This document shows positions 13,137 to 27,358 of a DNA stretch of 64,000 nucleotides, piece after piece. Positions within the stretch are counted from its first letter, which is position 1. Every line of letters starts with the position of its first letter. A program made the position numbers and the translations under genes. The notes beneath the pieces were generated by a model, which was given only the letters and a program-made list of their open reading frames with translations, was not told where the DNA came from and did not search any database. The stretch comes from Lingula anatina. Its lineage: Eukaryota; Animalia; Brachiopoda. The DNA is taken from assembly GCA_051362555.1 (NCBI GenBank), contig CM120645.1, forward strand, positions 13,020,001-13,084,000, read 5' to 3'.

Positions 13137-15030
13137 TGACAGCGCCCTTTCTATATTGCCAACGTGGATGACATAGTTAACAAGCACAAGCACTGGGTGG
13201 AACTAATGCCACGTGTCAAACCCTTCTACGCCGTGAAATGTAACAACACTGAGCCCGTCGTGAAGACTATTGCGGCACTTGGGGCGGGGTTTGACTGCGC
13301 CAGCAGCGCTGAATTCCAACAGGTTCTAAAATATGGGGTTGAGACAGACAGAATAATATATGCCCAAACGTGCAAGGATCCCGTGGAAATTAAACGTGCC
13401 TCGGAACAAGGAGTCGACCTCATGACATTTGATAACGAAGATGAATTGGTGAAAATAAAGCATCTATATCCTGATGCAAGACTCGTATTACGGATTCTTC
13501 CACAAGTACATATGGCCGTTCTTAAAATTGAAAAGAAATTTGGATGTACCATTGAAAACTGCAAAGGACTTTTACTGAAGGCAAAAGAATTGGAACTAAA
13601 TGTCGTTGGAATCAGGTAATTTTCACAACAAACAGCTGCAAAAAGCCTTTTCTTTTGAAATTCGTTGTCGTCCAGTTTTGAAATCCATGAACTTCCAAGT
13701 AATTCTTCTAAACAAATCAATCAATGAATTCGTTCATGTACACCTTAGCTTGCTATAAATTATTCCAGTCTGTCAAACAATTCATGTTCATTAAAATCTA
13801 CAAATGATAGATGATAGGAGTATACGTCCCTTTACTTCATTTTCCCAAGAAGTTATAAAGAGACTTCTTGATTTTCCATTGCAAACAACAACCTATTTGA
13901 TGACAGAAATGTCACAAATGACAGAAATGTGGGACGATATGTAGATATTTTGAGTTTTTAATTGTAATTTCAGTTTTCATGTTGGTTCGTTGTGTCTTGA
14001 CGCCTTTGCCTACCAACACACCATCAGACTATGTCGCGGCATCTTCGATATGGCCAAGACCATCGGTTTCAACTTCGACTTACTCGACATCGGTGGTGGG
14101 TTCCCTGGTATTGAGACTGCAGGAAATTTGTCATTATCTGACATTGCCAAAGTCATTAACAATTCTTTAGAGGAATATTTTCCGGAGAAAGCAAATGTTA
14201 AAGTGATTGCAGAGCCAGGTCGTTACTATGTACAGTCTGCTTTCACTCTTGCAGTACGTGTAATAGCTAGACGGGTGGAGCGACCGGACTCGTATCACGA
14301 CAATCCATCAGATAGAGATGACGCACAGAAAACCTTTATGTACTACCTCAATGATGGCCTCCACGGTTCCTTCTACGTCCATATTTTGTTTGAAAAACAT
14401 GCGCCTGATTTTTATTTACTTGAGGTAAAGCTTTTTACATATTTCATCAGACGATAATCTAACGGCCAGATACCGTTTTAGTTATTTTTAACATAACTGT
14501 GAGTTCATAATGCGAAAAGAAAAACACATCACAAGCCATAAGTGAAGATGCTATCGATACAACATATTCAAGCGCATATTTTCGTTATGTCTTAAAGAAT
14601 CTGTACACTCAATTGCGAGAAACAAATAAAAAAGAGGGAATAATGTTGAAAACCCAATCTTCTAAATTGGTAATTTTAAGCGTACTTGTTGGAAATGATA
14701 CACGCATTTGAGATGTTAATTTGGACAAATAATTCCTAAATTGTTTGTTTCGATTTTTTCCAGAACAAAGAATCTCTGCCAGTGTTCCAAAGCAGCTTAT
14801 GGGGACCAACGTGCAACCCCCATGACTGTATAACACAGGAAATAGAACTGCCCGAGCTGGACATTGGAGACTGGTTGTACGTGCCCAACATGGGGGCATA
14901 CACGACTGTCCTCGTGTCTTCTTTTAATGGGATACCGACACCGAAAATCCACTGGATTGCTTCATACGAAGTGATATGCGAGCTTAATTTTCACAGTGAT
15001 AAATATGTGACTGTTGACAAGAATGAGTAA
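12711..15030 (+). CDS. ODC1: ODC-family gene, copy 2 (439 aa, four coding exons). Symbol is family-level
   Basis: Exons 12711-12839 (MKTERIH...GDDM), 13143-13615, 13974-14424 and 14764-15030 sum to 1320 nt in one open frame with canonical splice sites and all ODC core motifs. Confidence 0.95.
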
Positions 15031-16297
15031 CTTTGCTTGTCATAATACGGAACTAGACATATTTGTATCAATCGGGAAATACATAACTTACAGAAGGTTA
15101 GTCGCACAGGAATATTAAAGGCAGTCTTTTATTTATGTTTTTGAAAAGAAAGTTATATATATTTTATACATATTTTGTTTAACTGCAAATTAATTATATA
15201 TTGAGGTTATTATATTTTGAAATAAAATTGCATTTTGATAGTTATGATGCCATGAGATCTCGAAATCTCAAAAAACTTTGTATTGCGTTTTAACTGGGAG
15301 TGCAATGTATACATATTATTATTTAATCAAGGACGAAAAATAATCTGATGAACATTTCATAAAGTGATGTTTTATTATGCATAAAATATGAATTGATATT
15401 TTCCGATCAAAATCAACATAAAATTATATTTTACCCCAATAAAAATGAATGACGCAGTACTTATCATGGTCTTTAATACAGTAAAATAAAAAAACTATTG
15501 GTGTCAAGTGTCTAGAAGTTTCGATGGGACATTTTGGGGAACGGTGCCAGTTAAATTACATACAATGGAATGTGTCTGATATAATCTGTGTGATATATGG
15601 CCTACATGACTTAAAGAATAACATATAATTATTGTCAGGCGTACGTGGCACTAAAACCTCAGTTGTTGACGCACTCCTTTCCTGTTGTTTATTTGCTTTT
15701 GCTTGTTTGTCCGATTGTGTGAGAGATAGTTAATTAAATTAACCTAGACATGGAAGACACAATCTGTAAACAAGCACTAAAAAAACAAACATATTTACGC
15801 TTTTAAATCAATTTTCAATTTTAACTTTATCCTATGTTATAAAACATATTTAAATAGATAATGGATTAATTTTACATGCGATTAACTAAATTTCTTACAG
15901 TGCAACTTGAATTGTTCATGTTTCCACGTGCTATAAAATAAGCCCTTCTCTTCAATCAAGGTTATATCTTACTTTTCTTTATAGATCTCCTGGTCTAAGT
16001 TTCAAATAAGTAGTGAAATTTCCATGTGTATCTTATGTTTCAAAAAATGTGCATTCCTTTAACTTCTCTAGCGATAACAGAGGGTACATTTAGTGCATGT
16101 GTGACTGATCATGAAACAGTATTCCCGAAATAAAAGTAGAATTAGGGTGGGCGTTGTACATTCTGGTTAACTAAAGTGACGAATCTTTCACTTTTCTTTT
16201 ACTAACAAAATACATAATATGAATACACAAAGAATAAACAGACAAAAAATTAACAAACTAGCAAAGATAAATAAACATAAACAATTCAAGCCAATCT

Positions 16298-16740
16298 GAG
16301 TCAGTAAGCCACTCAGTCGGTCAGTCAGTCAGTCAGTCAGTCTTTAAGCCATTCAACCAGCTAGTCTGTCAGTCGGTCAGTTAGTAGGCCAGTTATTTAG
16401 TCAATCAGTCCGTTAGTCATCCACTCTGTCCATCAGTCAATTCTTCATTCATTCAATCAGTCAGTCAGACAGTCTATCAGTCAGTTAGTGGCTCTGTCAG
16501 CCAGTCAGTCAGTCAGTCTTTAAGCCATCCAACCAGCCAGTCTGTCGGTCGGTCGGTCAGTTAGTAGGCCAGTTATTTAGTCAATCAGTCCGTAAGCTAT
16601 CCACTCTGTCCATCAGTTAATTCTTCATTCATTCAATCAGTCAGTCAGCCAGTCGATCGGTCGTAAGCCAGCCCTTCAGTCTGTCAGTCAACCAGTCAGT
16701 CAGTTAGACAGTCAATAAGTCAAGCAGGCAGCCATTCAGG
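16298..16740. repeat. (CAGT)n-derived compound microsatellite with a ~180-bp internal duplication
   Basis: Runs of tcag/cagt; 16321-16500 resembles 16501-16680. It is part of a ~1-kb block missing from the copy 1 flank. Confidence 0.85.
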
Positions 16741-18111
16741 ACATCTTTTCTTAATATGCAACATGGCGAGTATGGTCGCGTCTCAATAATTCCATTACAG
16801 ACTACCAACGACTGTAGTCAGAGAGTACACATGCACCACCATTGCAGAGCATTTTAAGAGCAGTTAAAAACCAGAACAAACTGGCTGAAAACTAGTTGAC
16901 CTACTTCTTCATTGTTGATTTATTTCATTCGTGTAATTATGTGGGCTGGTCGTGTTGGACGCGTGGATGATACAAGATGAAACTTAATGACACTTTGTGG
17001 TAATATGGTGACCTAAAATGACACTTGTGTTCAAAAAACAAACGGAACACTTTTTGTACATACTTCAAGGTTATAATATGTACCAGTCACGGGTCAAAAA
17101 ATCCATACAGGGATTAAGGTACAAAAAAAATGTAAACTGAAATTTTATCTCGATTTAAATCAAATAATGTGGTCGGGGGTTTGTCGTTGGGGGAAAATAC
17201 TCACTAAAGTAGGTGCCACTTGATTTTATTATAAAATTCAGCGAATACAAATACATCTGCTATGTAAAACAATTTTCAACATAATGACCTGAATTGTTTT
17301 TCAACTTTATATAATTAAAATGAGTGGTATTTTGCTGTTCTCAACCGTGAAATATATCTTTATCTTACCAATGCATTTTGATTAAAAATGAAATTGACGA
17401 TTTGGTTGAAATAACCATGTTAAATAACAATTGTATGCTGGAATAGTTTGCCCACAAAATTTCTAAATTTTCGATATAAATTGTTAAATTAAAGCATCGA
17501 CATTTATCTATTGTGCTGATCCGTGAAAAAATCTTCTAAGACACCAGCACACCAAAAAAAGGAGATAGGCCTCCTCTGGAGCCCAAATATAAATAAAAGT
17601 TTACTTCTGCAGTCAATTTTTCCTGCTCATTTTGATCACTGAAGAGGTTAAAAAGATAAACGAGGGGCCATTAGAAGGACATAAGAATCCTATTTTGATT
17701 GAAAATAAGTGTCATCTGTTATATGTTTTTTTTTTACCAATGTTGCTGCACCCTGTTACAAACAAGCTACGGACGACATATACCACCTCCGACAGAGTTA
17801 AGAACGGCGTAAACACAATTCCATTTTGCTACAACTGGCTTTAATCTGGCTAATCGTTTTGCTCTAGCGGAACGCGGACGTAACTGCTACGCCACTCCGT
17901 CGTTGCAACAGGTGCGGCGAAACTGAGAGTCCGTGTATAACAGAGAGTTTACCCTCCATTTAACCATACGTTTAGGGTTATAGCCTGGCGTAAGTGGAGC
18001 AAATTCTAGGGCGAAGCTTATCTGTGCAAAATAATAGGAACCGGGCTATCTATCATGGGGAACTGTGTCACACCTGGTCATGGTTGTGACAAGGACACGA
18101 TTACCGCACTG

Positions 18112-19313
18112 TATACATAAAGGGGACATCGCATGGGTCATGTTAAACAGATATTTGAAGCGGATTCTTTTCATTTAAATTCCATTTAATAAGCAGAACT
18201 TAATGCTTATTCGAAAACAAATATAAGTAGGGGAGTTTGAATTATTATGTTTTATTTTAAAGGTTTTGTTTTATTATTATTAATTTAATTTTTCATTTCC
18301 AGTGGTGTACATGTGACATCGTTGAGACAGTGGAGAATATATTGTACTCGTGCTTTATTTCAACGTTCAGTTCAGTTAACATTTTGCCATTCACATCTCT
18401 TATGTCGGTCCAGCAAATAAACAAGTCAGCATATCAGCAAGTCAGCAAGGTACATAATCTAGAAAAGAAAACAATAAATAAAATAAATAAATAAAGGAAA
18501 CGATGTAAATACTTATACATATACATCTGAACATTTAAATTACATATATCAAATATATAACTGTATTACACTAGATATATTGAACATTACATTAAATCGG
18601 CTTTATAAAGCGAGACTTGGATCTGTTATATCTATTCAATGAGCACAAATAATATGAAATATAATTTATAGTGCAATTATCCTAATATAATTTTAATTAA
18701 AACGTTAAATGCTGAATAACAGCAAGGCTATACAGTTGACAATTATACCAATGCGTTCTCGTATTTTACATTTACTGTATTTCATACTAGTGGCCACACC
18801 CTACCAGGTGCTCTAGCTAATGTACCAATATTTTAACACAATTATTTATACAGACAACTTATAAGTACACTATGCAATATATATTTTGATAAGATAAACA
18901 CTTACATTATGATTTCTCCGTACAACTGTAACAATACACCATACAACGTTGGAAATAACGGTAAACTGCAGGAGAGACCGTACTTGTGCAAAATCCTGTA
19001 GCGTTATGACTCGGTTACCTTCAATAGAGGCGCTACTCGCGCAAGTCATGAAAACTACTCACACCTTGTATATCTAACACAAGGAATCGAGCACTTGCAC
19101 CTTGTATATCTAAAGCAAGGAATCTGGCACTAACAGTACATCTGTCAAGAAACTGTCTTTTCCAATAATTTGACTTTGTGATATTTTAGACAGAAATACG
19201 GTTGTTGCCTACGAAAAAAACTATGAAAACAGAAAAGTTTCATGTCACAGAAGATGCTGATGTCACAACTTCTAAAAAATTCTTTGTAAAACATGGCCAC
19301 CAAGCTATGCGAC
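18112..19313 (+). pseudogene. ODC-like remnant A: promoter, leader exon and part of coding exon 1, fused to the 3' flank
   Basis: TATA-like motif at 18112. Leader donor mutated to ag|gggagt (18231). ATG 19223 MKTEKFHVTEDADVTTSKKFFVKHGHQAMR, then at 19314 the sequence jumps to 3'-flank sequence matching about 24415 and 34924. Confidence 0.85.
18312..19135 (-). mobile_element. Solo LTR (824 bp)
   Basis: TGT...ACA termini, 5-bp TSD gtaca (18307-18311, 19136-19140), absent at paralogous sites (about 21815, 28278). AATAAA near the end on the - strand. Confidence 0.7.
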
Positions 19314-20193
19314 GTTTCGTCAAATTCCAATTTTTAGTAAGGTTTATTTCGATTCGAAGTGTGAGACCAAAAGGCGAGACTTAAAAGCAAAATACAGTAT
19401 AAGAGCATTTTGATAGCGGAGTGAATTTATTGATTTCTATTTCACATGAGTTTGATTTTAAAAATTAATACACTTATTTAGTGGTCGGATCCAAAGTTAA
19501 CAAATGGCATGAAATGACTTCAGGTTATTATGATGATATGGTAGCGGGCCTGCAAATATCACCCTGTTTATCAGTAGAATGTGATCAAACTATGAAAAAT
19601 ACCCACAACATAGGCTTGACGAAGTTAAAAGAGGGGTCTTACCTTTTACTGCTTAAACTGCAAAAAAAAAAGAGTTCGGGTCTACTGAACTAATAATACT
19701 GAACCAATACGTAAACATGAAAACTGCTACGTTCATATCTCCATTGCGTCGTTTCTATTTACACTGTAGTCAACGTATCGCTAGGGAATGGCGTGTACTA
19801 TTTGTGGCAAAACAATGTGTACCATTGTGTTGCATCATGAAATGACGTTTGTGTTTGTGATGAAACAATGTACAACATGGACTTTTTGTTATGGCGTCAT
19901 AAAGTGACTTGACAATCAACAGCGAACTATGATTTTAACCCATAACCCAGTATGTTTCAATATGCCGCCCGAGTACCTAACCCCTATCCATGCATGATAT
20001 AAACACATGAACAAGTGATTTTTAAAATGCGGATTTTCTTTTGGTGTATTATGAGGAAATCATACCAGAGATACAACTGTCCAGGATCTACGAATGCCCA
20101 AGTGTTCAAAAAGACGTCAGGTGAGACATGGACACACTTTCTGCCAAGTGGCGGTTCCAGGTTGATATAATGTGTTGCACCAGTATCGTAATG

Positions 20194-20281
20194 TGCGCAC
20201 GTGTGCAAGCGTCTCGATTCCATGGCCCCGTATCTCGAAATAGAATCGGTTATGGAATCGAGACACTTGCGCACGTGCGCA
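20194..20281. repeat. Long hairpin / MITE fragment
   Basis: 30-bp arms 20194-20223 and 20252-20281 with 2 mismatches. It replaces different sequence found in the paralogous flanks (about 25290, 35790). Confidence 0.7.
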
Positions 20282-21847
20282 GCATAGCGAACCTTTCGAG
20301 ATACGAAGCCCAGATTCTTTAATAAAACACTTATTTTTCAAAATATCAAAAATTATTAAAATCATATTTTCAACTAGGGTCATTTTTTATGTATGGGGTC
20401 TAGTCTATGGAAACCTTTTTCATCTTTTTTTTTTTTTTTCAAATATTGATCTACATGAAAAACCAGTGGAAAAAAAGAAAAACAAAACAGAGGCAAGTTT
20501 AATTAATATAGCAGGCGAGAAGTGTAGAAAAATGGATGTAAGAGGCAGGGAGGAAAGCAAAACGGAACATAGCGGCTTACATAATCGAACGAAGGGACGA
20601 ATGCCATGATATCCTTATTCAACACAGGGACCACAGAAGATGCAATTCCTTACCTGAATGTCATTCTCCTACTAATAGAATTGTTACAGAGGAACAAATA
20701 AAGACAATTGAAAGAAAATGATGGTTTGAAATCATATTTTAAAACAATGTGACGCCTGCATGAGTAGGTATAAGCCACGAAACTATTTTACAGCGATAAA
20801 TCTCTTTCCGCAGCTTAAATGCACGTTTTTGTCAAATACCCGTTGCAAGCATGACTAAAAAAATTACCTGTAGAATGCACCCTATATATACTACATCGGT
20901 GGAGGCAAAAAAATCTTACCTTTAACTGCAAAAAAGTAAGTCCTACTACTAACTAATAAGTGAAAATAAAAACTGCTACATGCACACCTCTTCTCTGTAG
21001 TTTCTATTTACATTGTTGTCAAAGCAACATCAGGGAATGATGTATATTATTTGTGACGAAACAATGTGTGCCAGTGACGTTGCATCATAGCGTGACAATC
21101 AACAGAGCAGAATGGTGGTTTTCCAAGCCTTTATTTATGCCGCAAGGTCCCTTTCACTTTGCCATAATTTTTACTTCAATATTAACCAGGCCTACCCAAC
21201 TACCAGACTCACGAGGTGCAACTTTTCGTATGTTAGAGCGCCAGCGAGGCATGCTATCTTGCATATCTGGCGAGGGGGTAACTGTGCATTATTTGTCATA
21301 CGTACAAAGGAAATCGTACATATTCCCCACCCAAACCCCCCTAACTTTTAAATAGAACACGCTGATATCACCGCGCATGAGGCGATATCAAAGAGTGGAC
21401 TTTCCCCGAGTTTACTGCCTAATTGCGGTCACCGTCCTATTATTTTTATTTGCGTGAATGGTTTGTGGTTTCGTGTGTATTGACAAAGACATGGGTCAGT
21501 AGTTTTCTGTGAGTAGTTGGCTGATTTCCTGCCCATATTCCGCACATGGCAGTCACTCCGTCTCATTCATTGTATCGGTCCCGGCAATCCTTTTGTTTAG
21601 ATATCAGCCCCGTGGTATGTATTCAGAACTAAATGCTAATTCGAAAACAAATATAAGTAGGTGAGTTTAAATTAGATGTTTTATTTTTTTATTTTAAAGG
21701 TTTTGTTTTATTTTTTATTAATTTATTATTATTTTTTTTTTTTACTTTCCAGTGGTGTACATCTGTCATGAAATTGTCTGTTCCAATAATTTGATTTTTA
21801 TTTGATATTTTAGACAGAAGTACGGTTGTTTCCTACGAAGAGAAAAT

Positions 21848-23960
21848 ATGAAAACAGAAAGGTTTCTTGTCACAAAAGATGCTGATGTCACAACTTCAGA
21901 AAAATTCATCGCAAAACATGGCCACCAAGCTATGCGACAGCTTATCAAAGACAAGCTTCTGCAAGGAGACGATATGGTATGAGCTGTATATAATCTTATA
22001 CGACAGTTTTTCTGTAAGAAAGAATGTCCATTTGTACGTGACATGATTTATACCCACCGTGCACCTGTTTTTTTTTTTTTCTTTATATAGCGTGATGGTA
22101 GTTTATGTATAAGTTGCTGTTAGGGTGTCTTTTTAAGGAATGTGTATAAGTAAAGAAGGAAAAGGGGTTAAAATGATTATACTATACGTTGTCAATGAGA
22201 AAACAAGAATATAGAACATAAAAAACCTACAAATAATTTTTCATTTTTGGTGACAGCGCCCTTTCTACGTTGCCAACTTGGATGACATAGTCAACAAGCA
22301 CAAGCACTGGGTGGAACTGATGCCACGTGTCAAACCCTTTTATGCCGTGAAATGTAACAACACTGAGCCAGTCGTGAAGACCATTGCGGCACTTGGGGCG
22401 GGGTTTGACTGCGCCAGCAGCGCTGAATGTCAACAGGTTCTAAGATATGGGGTGGAGACAGATAGGATAATATACGCCAACCCGTGCAAGGATCCCGAGG
22501 AAATTAAACGTGCCTCAGAACAAGGAGTCGACCTCATGACATTTGATAACGAAGATGAATTAGTGAAAACAAAGCGCCTTTATCCTGGTGCAAGACTCGT
22601 ATTACGAATTCTTCCACAAGTACATAAGGCCGTTATTAAAATTGAAAAGAAATTTGGATGTACCATTGAAAACTGCAAAAGGCTTTTACTGAAGGCAAAA
22701 GAATTGGAACTAACTGTCGTTGGGATCAGGTAATTTTCACAACAAACAGCTACAAAAAGTGTTTTCTTTTTAAATTCATTGTCGTCCAGTTTTGAAATCC
22801 ATGGGCTTTCAGTTTATTTTAAACAGACCAATTAATGTATTTATGCATGTTCATCTGGGCTTGATATAAATAATTCCATTGTTCTAGTCTGTCAGACAAT
22901 TCATGTTCATTAAAACCTACAAATGATAGATGATAAGAGTATCCGTCCCTTTACTTCATTTTCCATAGCAAACAACAACTTGATGCCAGAGATGTCACAA
23001 ATGACAGAAATGTGGGAAGATATGAAGATATTTAGAGTTTTTAATTGTAATTTCAGTTTTCATGTTGGTTCTTCTTGTCTTGATACATTTGCCTACCAAC
23101 ACACTATCAGTCTATGTCGCGGCATCTTCGACATGGCCAAGACCATCGGTTTCAATTTCAACTTCCTCGACGTCGGTGGTGGATTCCCCGGTTATGAGAC
23201 TGAAGGAAAACTATCATTATCTGACATTGCCAAGGCAATTAACAATTCACTGGAAGAATATTTTCCGGAGGAGGAAAATGTTGAAGTGATTGCAGAGCCC
23301 GGACGTTACTATGTACAATCTGCTTTCACTCTTGCAGTACGTGTAATAGCAAGACGGGTGGAGCTTCTTGACCCACAACACTACCGGCCAAAAGATAGAG
23401 ATGACACACAGAAAACCTTTATGTACTACCTCAATGACGGCCTCCACGGTTCCTTTAACGTCCATATTTTGTTTGAAAAACATGCACCAGATTTTTATTT
23501 ACTTGAGGTAAGCCTCTTCAGATTAAATAACTGTACGTTTGTAATGAGAAGAAAGAATACGTGCCTTTAAGTACCTGAGCCATCAAATTACAAATTTGAA
23601 AAGTGTTGAAGGTTGCTATGGCACATGCGTCTGTTAATTTGGACATTTTCAACTTTGAAAATCCTACCTTTTTATTGTTTAATTCTCATTTTCCAGAACA
23701 AAGACTCTATGCCAGTGTTTCAAAGCAGCTTATGGGGACCAACGTGCAACCCCTATGACTGTATAACACAGGAAATAGAACTCCCCGAGCTGGACATCGG
23801 AGACTGGTTGTACGTGCCCAACATGGGGGCATACACGACTGTCCTCGTGTCTTCTTTTAACGGGATACCGACACCAATAATCCACTGGATTGCTTCAGAC
23901 AGAGTGATTTGTGAACTTGGTTTTCACAGTGATAAACATGTTTATGCAAAGACTGAGTAA
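21848..23960 (+). CDS. ODC1: ODC-family gene, copy 3 (438 aa). Symbol is family-level
   Basis: Exons 21848-21976, 22257-22729, 23057-23507 and 23697-23960 with canonical splice sites and an open frame. Leader-exon donor at 21661. Confidence 0.95.
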
Positions 23961-25503
23961 CTTTTCTTGTCAAAAAAACAGAACTAGGCACATCTTAGCA
24001 ATCTAGATAGATATATAACTTACAGAGAACTAGTTTGACGAGGATGCTGTTACTGAAAACTTAAATATATGTAAGGTCTACAATAAAACACACGCACACA
24101 GACACATTCATAAGTAATAAAGTCAGTGTTAACGTGCTATATTATGATTTACTTAATTTGACCACTGATTTACAAAACAGCATTTCGTTGTGTTCAACAC
24201 GTGGTTTTCCTTAGTTGCTAGTGCGCATGTGTCATACTGATAAAACTACAGTCATTCCACAAATAAGATTTTATGTCAGTTATTATTTTTTGTCACAATT
24301 TTTTAATGAAATCGAATTTAAATCAAAACGTGACGACGCTTCTTTTTCACTTAACGGCGTTAAAATGTCTATTTCTAGTTATAATATTTTCATTGAATTT
24401 CACAGTAAAAGAACATTTCGTTTAATTCCAATTTTTAGTAAGATTTCTTTCGATTTGAAATGTGAGACCAAAAGAGACTTAAAAACACAATACAGTATAA
24501 GAGTATTTTGATAGCGGAGTGAATTCATTAATTTTTTTTTTTTTTTTTTTTTTTGACATGAGTTTTATTTTAAAAACTAAAACACTGATTTAGTGCTAGG
24601 ATTCAAATTTAACAAATGGTAAAAAATTGACGTCTGGTTATTGTGATGATATGCTAGCGTGTCTGCAAATACCACCTTGCTTATCAGTAGAATGTGATCA
24701 ATCTATGAAAAAAGGCCCACAACATAGGCTTCACGAAGTTAAAAGAGGAGTCTCACCTTTTTCTCCTTTTACTGCAAAAAGGAGCTCGGGGCGTAATCAT
24801 GAAAACTGCTTCGTGCATATTTATTCTCCGTCGTTTCTATTTACACTGTAGTCAACGCATCGCTAGGGAATGAAGTGTACTTTTTGTGACGAAACAATGT
24901 GTACCATAGACGTTGCATCAGGAAATGACGTTAGTGCTTGTGACGAAACAATGTACACCATGGACGTTTTATTATGGCGTCATAAAGTGACTTGACAATC
25001 AACAGCGAACCATGATTTTAAACCCATAGATATACCCCAGTCAGAGTAGGCTATGTTTTAATATGCCGTCTGGGTACCTTACCTCTATCCAAGCATAATG
25101 TCAACACAAAACGAATTGAATGCGGGTTTTCTTTTTTGTTTATTATGAGGAATTCATCCCAGAGATACAATTGTTCAAGATCTGCGAATACTCGAGTGTT
25201 CAAGAAGACATCGGGTAAGACATGCACACACTTTCTGTCAACTGGCGATTCCAGGTAGATGAAATTGTGTTACACCAGTATCGTAATGTCTCACCTAGCA
25301 CAATCTTACACCAATCTCCTCACTCATCACGCTCAGCCATCTATTGCGAAATGATTGCTAAAATTAATGAGATTAATAACATTTTTAATGTTTTATAAAC
25401 GCCGAAGAAAGATCGTAAACAAGATTCTTTGATAAGACATTTATTTTTAATAATATCTTCAACTACGATCATTTTTTGTTTTCTTTTCTTGGGTCTAGTC
25501 TAT

Positions 25504-26049
25504 GAGCGCATTCTCAACGAATTAAGCCAGGCTTTGCAAAGCCGGTGACCTAAAAATGGCGGACGTACATGAAAGAAAAACCGCCTAATCTTTTAATAGT
25601 CTCTCCGCCTCCCCACACGTCGTCCCTGCGGGGTACAGTAATTAAATCGCGTCTCCGTTCGCCATGCGGAAGCTACCTGAGAAATATTAAGTGCGCATGC
25701 TCATCAGTTAAACTCGTGGTGAAGAAAGCATGGCGGCTGAAGGCGATCGAAGGAAAGAAGCTCTTCTGTTCTATTATCTTTGAAAACAGAGACGAAAAAG
25801 GAATAATTTGGCCCGTAGAGCAGCAATGAATCGACTATCTACGGAGATAATATCACCAGAGATATTCACGGAAATATTAATGTTCGGAGCCGAGATTTAA
25901 TTACTGTACCCCGCAGGGACGACGTGTGGGGAGGCGTGTGAGAGGCGGAGAGACTATTAAAAGATTAGGCGGTTTTTCTTTCATGTACGTCCGCCATTTT
26001 TAGGTCACCGGCTCTGTAAAGCCTGGCTTAATTCGTTGAGAATGCGCTC
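25504..26049. mobile_element. MITE with long (~150 bp) TIRs and 3-bp TSD (TAT)
   Basis: tat|gagcgcattctcaacgaattaagccagg ... cctggcttaattcgttgagaatgcgctc|tat. Empty sites gtctatgg at about 20404 and 35997. A related fragment lies at 33708-33775. Confidence 0.85.
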
Positions 26050-26499
26050 TATGTCAACCTTTTCATCTTTTTTTTTCAAATGTTGATCTACATGAAAAAC
26101 CAGTGGTAAAAAGAGAGATACGAAACAGAGGCAAGTTTAATTAATATAGCAGGTGAGAAGTGTAGGAAAATTGATATAAGAGGCAGGGAGGAAAGCAAAA
26201 CGGAACACAGCGGCTTACATAACCGAACGAAAGAACGTATGCCATGGTATCCTTACTCGCCAAAGGGACCACAGAAGATGCAATTCACGTGTCGAATGCC
26301 ATCCTCCTACAAACAGACTCGTTACAGAGGAACAAATAAAGACAAGTGAAAAATAATGATGATTTTAAATATATTTTAAAACAGTGTGCCGCCTGCACGA
26401 GTATAAGCCACGAAACTATTTTACAGCGATAAAATATAGGCTATCTCGATCCGCAACTCAGATGCACGTTTCGGTCAAATAACCGTTGCAAGCATAACT

Positions 26500-27358
26500 A
26501 CATGTAGGTATATCACAATCCGCTAGGGGCGCTACAGTAGTAACTATCCAGGGTCAGTGAAGTGTAAAACTGATATCGGCCTGCTGACAGCTCGCCTATG
26601 GTACCCCTTTTTTAAATTTCTCTTTTAGCGTCGCGTAAATAAACAAATACAAGCCATTTACTAGATAAGCTGTAAATCAAAGAGTAAATTCCGGTCACGT
26701 GATTTTACCGTGTTGCAGTCTTAGAGAACTTTGATTTGAGGACGTTTTTAAGTGTTGCCTCGACAAAATGTTAAAAATTTCAGATAAGTAGTGCATGGAA
26801 GTTTTTGTAATTGTCCTAATAAAGGGAACCGGAGAAGATCAGCATTGGTCAGAATTGTGCCGGAAGTGACGTGCAGTGGTGTTAGAAACGAAGCTGAGTG
26901 GTCATTTTAACATAGAGGTGAACGGCAGTGAAGACGGGTTGTCGGAGGAAAAAGAAGTTTTCTAAACAACATGGTAAGATAACACTTTTTCTTTACGCAT
27001 TTTGGGCAGAGAAAACTTGTAGAAATAATAAATGCATGATATGAAAACGTGACACGGAACTTGAAGGTGCAAAATCGTGCTTAATTGGCGGTCAACTTGT
27101 TTTAAAATGAATGCTGCATCGACCGCCATTGCGACAAAGAGTGTAAATGGAAAATAATTCCCGGGAGGCTGTAAATCGTTGCCATGTGGAAATTTGGCAT
27201 TAATATAATCCGATATGTCCATATATTTAAATATCTTTGTTGCCTGTAGGAATTTTTTTTTTTAATTCCAAAAGAATTCATCTGTTTTTTGTATTACCTT
27301 TCTGAAGATATAAGTATAATAAATTTCTGATCAATTTGAAAATTTTTCTGATATACCT
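26500..27358. mobile_element. Non-autonomous DNA transposon with short TIRs and a probable 9-bp TSD (MULE-like)
   Basis: TIR aggtatatca...tgatatacct. agcataact at 26491-26499 and 27359-27367. Absent from paralogous sites (about 20848, 36407). Confidence 0.6.

Noticed and set aside
13226-13720. Antisense ORFs over ODC exons (also 221-430 and 31209-31676)
   Set aside because: Shadow frames of the coding strand with inconsistent lengths among copies.
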